A stretch of DNA of 63,412 nt from assembly GCA_000934665.2 (NCBI GenBank), contig KZ538544.1:1-63412 (forward strand), given 5' to 3'. Position 1 is the first letter of the stretch. Every line of letters starts with the position of its first letter. This DNA comes from Catajapyx aquilonaris. Its lineage: Eukaryota. Both the position numbers and the translations under genes were made by a program. This document shows, piece by piece, positions 52,701-63,412 of this stretch. Under the pieces are notes generated by a model that was not told where the DNA came from, did not search any database, and saw nothing but the letters and a program-made list of their open reading frames with translations.

Positions 52701-55700
52701 CAAGTTCGGCCATGTTGAAAGCAGGCTATCTCATGGGTTGCATGGAGCTAGGATCACCATGGCGTTATGTGGAGCATGGCTGGTGGCCTGAAGAGAAGGA
52801 GAGCCATGTTTGGGTCGGATTTAGCGCAAATGGGCAGCGAGTGGTAATTGGTGCTCTGGCTGGCGAGAGGAATGATGCGATCAAGGCAAGCCGAGTCCGC
52901 CATGTTTCTTCATTCGCCGGTTACGTCTCTCCTTGCAAGACTCAACTTGTCCGCTGGCGCCGCTCCTGTTTACCTCTTCGGAAATGTGACAGCTGATTCT
53001 CATTGGAAGCTTTAGGCTGCAGGGGCCTGGGGGCTTTTGATGCCATTTCCGCCGGCTCCATGTTGGTCTGCGGCTCTGGAAGCCTATCACGAATCAATGC
53101 TTGCCCTGAGCCCCTCACTTTGCCCTTCTCCCCAGGGAGGATTTCGCCAAATGGCGCTATGAAAGATACAGCCAAGTGCCCGGGATTAACCAGGCATCGT
53201 CCGGATTTGCTACAGACAAAATCATCTAAGCTGATGTCCTATCCGGGGGCTTGGATTTGCTCACATTGCTCCTGCACCAAGTGTACGTCAACGTGCGTCA
53301 TCCGTAACGCATGACGCAGGTTGACGTGCCGAAAATTTTTATCAACTTCCTAATGTAGTGTGTAGAGTTAGTTTAGACATGGGATGGATGAGAGGGGTGG
53401 CTTTGAAGCCTGTGTGGAATATCTGCGGCAGAAAATGGCCAGCATGAGCCGGCTTCTTGAGGTCCGACTTTGACATTCTTGGGGCGCTCAATTTGTCATG
53501 GCGGAATGGACAAGTGGGCGGGATGAGCTTGACCAGAGGCAGAGGCCAATGAAGTCCCAGAAGCCACGCCCGAGAGAGAGAGAGGAGGGTGGTGGTGGTT
53601 TTGAAGGGAGAGAGTGGGGGGGCTCAGCATGCTAATGCCCACGTTTCTAACATTCAGGCTAATTCTAAACCTCCCAAACTCTACTTTTCCAGCATGCCAT
53701 TAGACTTGCAAGTGGGATTTGCTCTATGGCAAAGGGAAGCAGCAAGCTTCTATTCTAGGTGGGAGATGGGAGGGGTGGTGGCCAGAGAAAAGAGCCAGAG
53801 AGGTGCTGCTGGACATTGTCCAATCAATATGGCTTTTTTTTGGAAAGTCCTAATGCATTGCAGGTAAAGCTAGAATAAAATTGATATTCTCGACCATATT
53901 TTGCAACATGACTTTCTGTCCCCTCTTGGCTGGCCAGTTCCCCCTCCGGCTGGACAAAGCAGCCAATTATCCAATGACCTCTTGCAGTTTCATTGAAATG
54001 CTGACCTCGCACTGGACAGCACAATGGCAGCAACGGAGCGTACACTCGCTTGTGGAATTTGGTCCCAGCCATGGTGGAAGGGGGAGGGAGGAGGGGGGGG
54101 GGTTCAAGGGGGGAGACTCCCTCCCACCTTTTACCCCCACCCCCCACCCTAACATGGTCCAAATCCACTAGTTAGGAAAAGTAAACACAGTCTCCATGAT
54201 AAATACGTGTTGCTAACGCAAATAACGCCAGCTGGACAAAAGGCGTCAAAGTTGCGCAAAAGTCAGTGCACGGTTGCGGAATTAGCGCCGCAATTGCAGC
54301 CCAAATTACTTTTAACCTCGTTCCTATAGGCTGGCCACAAACAAGTGTAGCCTCGTTATTAGCATCTTCCTGGCTTGATGATGGGTGGGTGGGTACATAA
54401 CCACTCGATCAGATTCTCCCTAGGCCCTTTTCAGTAGCAAAAGATGATTGATCACATCCGTATCTCCTGAGGATTCTCTTCTCCCCTAGACTCGTAAACA
54501 GCATTTGTCCAGCATCAGGAAGTGGTGTGGGGAAAAAGGAAAAGAAAAAGGGAATCGATCGAGTGGACAGTGGTCATCGCCGCTTCAGGGTAATGAGATT
54601 TTCTGATCGGCTAGAACTCCCCCTACTCCTCTTGGGACATGCTGGGTTCCGATTGGAGCCATACAAAGGTCACCGCGTTTGATGACCTCGGAGGACCAAG
54701 GTGCAGGAGCAAGGGATTGGGAATCAATCACTCAATCGCTTCGGGGACGTGACAACCCTTTTTGCCGTTGGGGAGGCGAGGCCTAATCTGCAATGGATAT
54801 GTTATGCTGCCCTCTGCTGGAAGATCCAATATTTGCCCTTCCCCCGGTGGCGGTCGCACTTGATTCCCTGGACCAACATTTGTGACCCTCTTCTTCACTT
54901 CCACTTCCCACAATTCGATTGCCACAAGGGCACAGTGTAAATGTAGCAAAAAAAACGGGTTACATATACTGTACACTGTGTACATTTTATGGAAGCAGGT
55001 GTATGTCCATCAGAACTGCTAATATTAATTTCAAGCGTGCAGAAAATATTAGTTCTCTAAGAAACATAAATTTTTGCCACATTCTTATTGTGGCAATGTC
55101 TATATAGAAGACATTGCCAGCAATACTTTGCTTAAAAGTTGAGCCCGTATCTTTGAAACGATCGAGTCATTCAACCTGCTTCCCGGCCGGAAAAATACTG
55201 TTGCAATTCACCGTATTTTTACTATTCCTTTGCCAAGAAAAGATAATGGAAGAAAGCCTTTGCACACAAAAAAACGTGGGGGGGGGGGGGTTCCATTCCA
55301 TTATCTCTCTCGACACATAACTTCCTTTTCTTTACATCATAGATTGGAAATCAGGCGCCGGTTCAAAAAATATCGACGTCGGAACTTTTGCCGATTCCTT
55401 CAGAAAATGGTGTCATGAATATGTTCTCTGTTAGACCTTCCTCCTGAGAGAAGGTTTGGTATAGAGTGGGAGGGAAGAAGAAGAAGAAGGGGGAAAAAAA
55501 AAGAATCCCGACACTAAATTCCCTCCATTCCTTTACGAATTTGACAGAGGCAATTCAAATGCATCAGGCGTAGACTTTTAAATTTCGTCCCTTCGATTCT
55601 TTGGCAATAGTTTATTGCCCGACTCGACGGCAGCGGCTACAAGGGAGAAGGAGACATGGATCAAGTCTAATGCCACTTCCGCCCGTCAAATGGCCAAAAT

Positions 55701-58700
55701 TAATTTCGAACCAACTATTCTCTCTTTATGGAAGGCTTCGTCACTACCGACGTGCCACCCCCATCCTCCCACCCCTTTCTTGTAAATCGAATTTCATATT
55801 GGGCGGGAGAGTGGGAGTAAGGGGAGAAAAAGGGGGGGGGGGAAGAGGGAGAGAGAGAGAGAAAAAAAAAAGTTAGCGCCGTTTATTTCCTGGAGGATTT
55901 CCAGGGGCGGGGTTTGGATGGAAACATTCTGTTGGGAGTTGGGCTGGCGCAGCACAGAAGCAGAAGAAGGCCTGCACTCCGGGATAGGAAATGTCAAGGA
56001 AGAAAGAGCGCCCGGAATATCAAGAGTCTCCATAAAAATAAATCTGAGGATCCGGGCAGCCCTCCCACTTTCCACCAAAATCTTTGACGCTTTTCTCCAC
56101 TTTCTTGCTGCCTCGCACCTTCTCCATCCCCCACTCTACCCCCTCGGCTTCTCTCCCCATCACCTTATTCCCCCAGCGATGTATACTCCCAACCTGGATT
56201 TCATTTGGGAGGTGGGGTTCAGATCAGGACCTCTCCTGACACATTTTGGAATTTAGTGTCCAGAGGTCAAATTCGCAGGTACAATGATCTGAGACTGAGA
56301 CTGTTTTCATTTCCTATAACTCAAATTAATTTTTCATTTCATATTTTCATTTAATATTAATATTTATTTTAGATAGCCATATATGTAGCCAGTTTTATAT
56401 AGCTGACTGTTTGGTGCGGAGTGGACAGTGTCCCCCAGTTGTCGGAGGTAATATTGAAGGGTGACTTCCCCTTGTCCAATCTCGCTTGGGCATCCCCTTG
56501 AGCCTGCGCTCCAGAACAAATATTTCCCGGTTATGAGAATGGTGGACAAGCAGTTATAGAATTTCGGCGGTTGACCAATAGCAAGTGGGCTGAACGAATG
56601 ACATTGCGACTGTCACACACAAATAATAATTGATTTTTTTTTGAAAATTATCACACGAAGTTCTACCTATCCCAGACGCGCGTTAGGGACGAATTTGGCT
56701 CCAGCATCACACACATCTTGCAGGTGCTGCCCTCCTGCAAACTTCCTCCACAGTCTCATCCCCCATTAAGTCTCCTGCCGCTGCACTAGTGTCCACAATG
56801 CAATTGGACTGAGTGTCCAAAATCTTACATATGCATCGTGACGCTTATGGACTATTGTATAGCCAACAATAAAAGCCGCGCTTGAACCACCTCCATTTGA
56901 AAATCAGATCCAGGCTCGTGGTCTTTGATGACAATGTTCCCGAGCGTGAAAGAACCGTGGGGAAAGCAAAAGTGTCGTAGAAAATCTAATGAAAATGGAT
57001 GCTGCTGGTTCCTCCGATGAAATTGGGATTGCGGTCGGTCCCTCACCATTCGATATGTTAAAAACCGAACCTCAGAAGCATAAAAGCATATAAAAAAAAG
57101 AAATGGGGGAACATGCCACAAGATTAATGGAGGATGATACACTCCTGCTGGGCACTAAAATTAGGGGACAAATGCCCATTAACCTAATGATAACCTTCGG
57201 TATAATCATGGGGTGAGGCAGCCACTTCTCTTTATGAGGACGCCGTATGTAGACTATAGGTACCGGGGTATGGTGTGGGGGGACAAAAAAAGAGAGAGGG
57301 TCCTCGAGTGGAAGAGGGTCCTCATGGTGCGCTTTGGAGATGACAGCCGGCGATAGTGACCCGTGCAAAATTACATGAAATATTCATAAGAGGCTGCTTG
57401 TCGGAGAGCAGTCAGCCATTGGACTGCCGAGGTTTATGAAGCTATTGAGAGTGCTAGACAAGTGACAGGGTTTTGCATGTGGGAGGTCGATGGTGGGGGA
57501 GCTTCGAGAGGAGGGGGAGGTTTTCGGGTTTAATCACCTAGCGTGGCGATGAAAGCGCGGGCCTTGTCGCCTGTTTTGGTCCCCAAATGGTCCAGGGGAG
57601 GGAACTGGGGGATGGTGGGGACCAACCAAGGGAGGATGCGCTCATATACCTCGTTTTCTTATCGCACTTTTTGGGGAGACGGAATTAACATACTTGCGGG
57701 GCACTCGAGTAGAGGGTCACGCGTCACTTTGGGGCGTTTGTTGCGGGGTTTTAGGTTGGGTAGGCTGCGGTTTTAATAGGGAGAAGCCTGGGAGCTTACA
57801 AGGGTCCATTAATAAAGTGAAAGTTACATTTTTAGAGAAAATTCAGAGTTTAAACAATCAAGGGTAGGAAAAAGGTGTGCGTTTTTTGTTATTTGTGGAA
57901 AAATTTATTATAAGCTATTGGTAGGGCTGATTTTGCTGTATTATTATATTATAAGGAATGTGTAGGTTTTAGGGCGTGTGGCACATCTGAAAACAGTGGT
58001 GGCCAATATATGGCATCCCAAAATTCCAGACCATCAATAGGGGTTGTGCAGACTTCTGGGTGGCATTTTCCTATTTTTATGGCGGGGAAAGCTGCTTATT
58101 TAGTTTTGTCTGCGCCCATTGCCAACCTGCCTCCCTTTTGTCCTTCCGCATATATAGTCTTTTCTGCTTTGTGGAAGTGCCTCCCAAAAATAAACCGCCA
58201 ACTGACAAGTGGTGGGTGTCATTTAAAAAGGCGCCTTAACGCCACACATTTCTAACTTTTCTTTTGTACTTTGTACCGACCCGTTGGAGCAGAGAGATAT
58301 AATCCTGTCCCCCCTCTTCTTCTTCTCCCTTCCTGTACCCCTACAAAATGACTAACTCCTACGAGGACACTGCTGGCCACAAGAACGAGTCCGACAAACC
58401 GCGACACTCTTTTTAACGCGCCTCATATTTCGCCTGAGCTCTTACTCCGCGAATTTTTGCGGTGCTTCCAGACAAATTCCGGCCATCCGCAAGCATAGCT
58501 GTTTGGGATAATTGGCGTACTTGTCCGGAAGAATAATCTTTTCACCCCCTCCAGTTTCCCATCCTGAGAATGAGGAATTGTGCCCCCAAGGGGATTTTCA
58601 TTGGTGCCAAGGCGACATTCCTTGGCACTTGCTGATTATTGCCGGGGGGAAAAGCAGAATTAAAATCGTGGTCGACGGGACAGTATTAAAAAAAGAATCC

Positions 58701-61700
58701 GAAACGAAAGCAAAAATAATGATTCCGACACGGGCACTTTACTGGGTCGTATGCATTTTCTTCACAGTCAAATAACCCATCCCGGACCATTGAGCCTGGG
58801 AAAGGCAGCAGACGGACAGCAGATATGCCTTTGCGGGTACTATTTCAGGATGGATCCAGAGGCAACACCCAGGTGGGCCTGATTGGCTGCTGTTGAGGGA
58901 TTCACAGCATTCTTGTTCCAGCCAGAGACCCAACAACAGCTGAACCTTCGTTTGGTCCAATTAAGAAAACCTGACAGGCACGCAGAATCCAGAAAAGAAT
59001 CCATGCCTACAAATTGTGCACGGAAAGGTTTACGTACCGGTAACAAATGGTTGATAAGATAGTGCTGAGCGTATCCGGGAGGTTTATTTACGAGGAAAGG
59101 CGAAGCCAATTTTTGAGATGTGACTATGATGTCAGATGATGAGCAACAGCAATATCTCGCTAATATATAACGCGCTGATTGACAGTATTGCAGAATTATT
59201 TTACGGACAATTCCGGTTAAATTCTAAGTGCGGTGTACTAATCAGCACCAGTAAATTCTATGGCCAGATCAATTTGAACCAGAATAGTCCTTTCAGTGCA
59301 TTCAGAACTGCTTTGATTCACTGATCATTCAATTGCAACGTGCTTATTATGCCAGAAAATCGACGTAATTGTAAAGCCCACAGTTAGATATTGGACATAT
59401 CGGCATAGTGGCCGTTGCAATCGAAAAAATCGTCAGTGTGACACATCCCCGACTGAATACCGCACATTTTGGTTTCGCACCCTTTCAGCCTTTTAGCATC
59501 AAAAAAATTTCTAGATTTCCCCACGGCCCTCAGGCTTCCAAATTACCCAGCCTCGCCTTCCCTCCCCAGAATGCTGTCAGGAAACGTACAAAATGCCTGA
59601 CACCCGTCCTTCCGCTTCCAATTCCGTTTAAGTCGCAAGTAAACGCTTGTTTCACTCTTGTCTAGTCCGCCTAATATTAGTCCCTCACTCTGCCAAAATA
59701 CCTGAGAGCGGCTTCTTGGTGGACCACCAAGCACGGCATCTCTTTTCGGCGGCCACGCCCAATATCTCGCGGCAGAAAAGTGTGTGCCGCCAGGTCCCCC
59801 CACCAGAGAAAGCCTCTTAATTGACTCCTGAAACAGTGAGTCTCCTTGTTCTCATGCCCATCACAAACCTACTTGCGAACTACTGGACACATTTTTGTGG
59901 TCCATCCTGCCACGCGCATTAAACCGCTTGTTTCAATAAACTAGCAAGTTTTATTTTTAAGCCTACAAAATTAGGACTTACAAACGCAAATATTCTGAGC
60001 TATTGGACTATTGACTTTGGCAGGTGGCAACTCTTGTGTATCTTATTTCATTTGACACGGGTTTGTGTTTTATGGCCCCAGGAGCAGATGAGAATCCAGG
60101 AAGTGCCATCACCAAGATTCCCCAAAAGAAGAATACACTTCTAGAAGAAGAAGAAAAAAAAAGTTCTTTCCGAGTTCCTGCATCGGCACGAGACCGTCCT
60201 TCCATCTCTGTCAACTGCATCTGGGATCCTCGGTGGGCCAAAGTTAAAGAGAGCGGAGGAAACCTCTTGAAAAAAAAAGTGCAGTTTTTGTTCTGGGCAG
60301 AGATGGCTCCATGTAGGAAAAAGCAACCTATAGAAAGCCATTACCTGGATCCGCAGGTGTGCTGGCACAATAGCGTGTCGAAAACATTGCTGAAATAGCG
60401 AGACCGTCGTGATTTACACGCCCTCATTTTATTCCCCGCCTTTTGCCAGCTTTGGGAGGCAAAAGTCGGTCTTCTCTTCTTGAATTAGCCCTGCCTGCCA
60501 ACCCGACCCTGTCTTTCACACTCCCGGAATGCTTCCGACGGGGGAAAAATATGGGACACAAAGAGGGGAAAGAATCCGGGGTTTTACTAAGGAGGAGATG
60601 AATTCAAGCACCTGCTGGCTCCTATCATTCCCCAAAAAATACAGAGTGAAAAAAAACTCAAAAACTAACCGAACAAGCCCGAAAGAAGCTACGACCTTGA
60701 GTGTACAAAATGTGAGTCACCATAAGTTACGCCCAGCATGCCATTTTGATTACGAGGCAATTCCAAGCTGGCAATAAATCTATGCTGAAATTTTTATTTA
60801 CGTTAACACAAGCAGTAAACTCATCCATTAAGTAGTAAGTTTCTAAATGCACATTTTCCTTCACCCCAAGCCCCGTGCTTTTGCTAATGCGATTTTGTAA
60901 CATGCTGGGTGGTGTGAATATAAAGCATGAAGCCATCTCCTGCCTGGGAATAATGGCGTTGTGAATGCGAAAACAAATTCCTCTCCACCTGAGGCCTGTT
61001 TACGGCTCGTTACTAGAAGAATGAGCGTACAAAACAACACTCATAAACCTTTTTGGAGCAGCTCCCCGCCGCCGGTCTCAAACTCCCTCGAACCCATTGT
61101 AAACCAATAGCACAAGAATAATTCCTCCAGAAAACATTCTCCGGGATGCCCTTAAAAACAGGCAATGGGCCCTTCCACATCGGTTAACAGCAACAGTTCG
61201 CGTCTAATCCTGGACGGGAATGCTCCTTCACCTGCCTCCCATCCTAATTACTTCCTCCTCCGATATATAGTTTCAAGAGTTGCTTAGCCCCATGTCCACC
61301 TAACAGACAACCAAACAAGGGATTCTTTTTTACCCACTTTTTTGGCAGCCATATTATACGGTCAGTGACAATTCTTCAGTACAATGCCTGAAGGTGCTAA
61401 TCAGTCTTATTTCTCTAAGCCGACACGCAACAAAGTGTGAAATCGGATCGTCGCTATCGGCAACAAAGGGACTGAGTGGAAGGGTCCCCTCAGCCTTTTC
61501 CAGCAGCATCCCCTCTCCTCTATTCCAGTAGCTAGGGAGCATTTTGCTTCCAATCCCTCTGATCCTCCCTAGCCCTGCATACAATTACATGACTAAATGA
61601 AACGGCCGGACCATTAAGCATGATTTCATGCCCGTATTAATACAGCGGTAATAAGCGCCGGAAGATTATGTCTCCTCCAGCCATTTCCATAAACTGAAAG

Positions 61701-63098
61701 CTTGCCGGGGACATGCAAATGCTGGGATGGCATCCCCGGGAAATTACAGGAATAAAGGCAACGGGGAGCTCTGCTACATAAATCCGATGATTAAGCTCCA
61801 CGTACTTAACTAACAAAGTAAATCATTTTGGATTTCAGCTCAGCCTCTTTTGCTTCCTGAGATGCTCGAATGCCTCGGATATAATGAAGAAACTTCAGAA
61901 CGCTCTCTCCGGTTTATAAGTTCCATGTCTGTTCGCCTCCGGCATTTTATGTCCGTAATAACAGTGTCTCTTCAGGCTCCAGCTCCATTTTTAGCTCTGC
62001 AATACTTACCCCCCCTCCCCGGCTTCCCCCTTCCGCCACCCCCTTTTATTTAGGAACCCGGGAAAATCCAATTTGATATCTTCATCTCCAGTCAACTCTT
62101 GCCCGGTTTTTTTTGGGATGCGGAAAAAATATATAGGCCGGTTTTATGAGGCTGTATACTGAGAACAGTTTGTATATTTCATTTCATTCCGGACTGTAGC
62201 ACAGAAATGGAAAAAAAAGTTGGACTATATCACTCGAGAAGATCTGGAACATATACAGCAGAAGGGGGGGTTATGGAGGCAAACTGAGGGAACTTTGTTC
62301 TTTATAACTTGGCTTTATTGCAGCCTTTTCATATAGGTCAAGTCAGTTTATTCGCTTCGCAAAGGAAAATGGGGGAGTTTTCTGAGATGAAATTACGTCT
62401 GATAAAGCTGGTGCGCGGCCCTTTTTTGAGCCATACAATCCGCCATGTTTCTTTTCATCCGTCCGCCGGTTTGGACTTCTGGAGGACTGTATAAAAGCCT
62501 GCTTGCAAGCGGACCCATTGTACAGATTAACTACACTCTATCAGCAACTATGTCTGCATAAAACTTAAAGGTCTCTCGTAAAAGTCTGTTCTCACATCTC
62601 AGTGAAGGCTTCGAGCCATGGCTGCCTCGCTACTCCAAGAGCTTCGGGGTTACATCTTTTATTATGTGGTCATAATATTGCGGATATGACCTACTTCCTA
62701 TGTGCGAAGAAATGCAGAATAGGCTACTTCGCATATCTGCTGGGATAGGTAATTTAAAATATGCGTGAAAAATAGGCCCACACTCCTCCCTGAAGTTGTC
62801 ATATGACGCTTGAAGCCAGTGGTGAGGATCCATTACCATGTGAATGATGCGGCGGCCCCGGGGCAAAGGGTGCTCCAAACACCCACTACAGTCAAGGTGT
62901 TGACCGAGTGGGGGTGTTGGAGTGGAATGGTAGAGGACAGCGATTCTCAATGTTCTCAAGATATAAGGGTTTTGCAGTGAGCGATCCCTTACCAAAATTT
63001 AACATAGCCGCGAGCTTGCCGCTAGGTCGCCAGAAGCTGGCGAGCTCGCCTCAGGATAGCCGCCACGTCGCGGGACCTCGCGGCTGTCAAATATTCTC

Positions 63099-63412
63099 CT
63101 GACCTCGTCATGACGAGCTAGCCGCTACTTGGCGCCGAGCAAGTCATTCCGCGAGGTCAAGTCTCAATTTCTGACCTCGTCATGACGAGCTAGCCGCTAC
63201 TTGGCGCCGAGCAAGTCATTCCGCGAGGTCAAGTCTCAATTTCTGACCTCGTCATGACGAGCTAGCCGCTACTTGGCGCCGAGCAAGTCATTCCGCGATC
63301 TCAAGTCTCTTTTTATGACCTCGTCATGACGAGCTAGCCGCTACTTGGCGCCGAGCAAGTCATTCCGCGAGGTCAAGTCTCAATTTCTGACCTCGTCATG
63401 ACGAGCTAGCCG
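63099..63412. repeat. 72-bp tandem repeat array, >4 copies, running off the window end
   Basis: Unit CTGACCTCGTCATGACGAGCTAGCCGCTACTTGGCGCCGAGCAAGTCATTCCGCGAGGTCAAGTCTCAATTT starts at 63099, 63171, 63243, 63315 and 63387. Copies are near-identical. Confidence 0.95.

Noticed and set aside
63099..63412. CRISPR array or hammerhead ribozyme array
   Set aside because: The units are identical with no variable spacers, the context is eukaryotic with no cas genes, and the CUGANGA/GAAA core is not correctly formed.

Overview
Eukaryotic, almost certainly insect, genomic DNA with spliceosomal introns. Gene order: 3' part of SmB (+, last three coding exons), Kruppel homolog 1 (Kr-h1, -), a ~19 kb Kr-h1 upstream region rich in CACGTG E-boxes (juvenile-hormone response element type), mitochondrial aspartate aminotransferase Got2 (+, 6 exons, 429 aa), a 4 kb stretch of decayed sequence (caspase pseudogene, C2H2-ZF/PIDLS remnant, palindrome, mariner remnant with a nested SINE), a ZFP64-like zinc-finger gene (+, 6 exons, 754 aa), then ~20 kb with no recognisable coding sequence, ending in a 72-bp tandem array. 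Two tRNA-derived SINE families and several MITE families are present. The most interesting unexplained signals are: a TATA-driven, box C/D-like RNA candidate directly upstream of Got2; an extended repeated JHRE-like motif; Kr-h1 uORFs whose stop codon is created by splicing; and a possible SmB poison exon. All calls were made by eye; no database searches were run.
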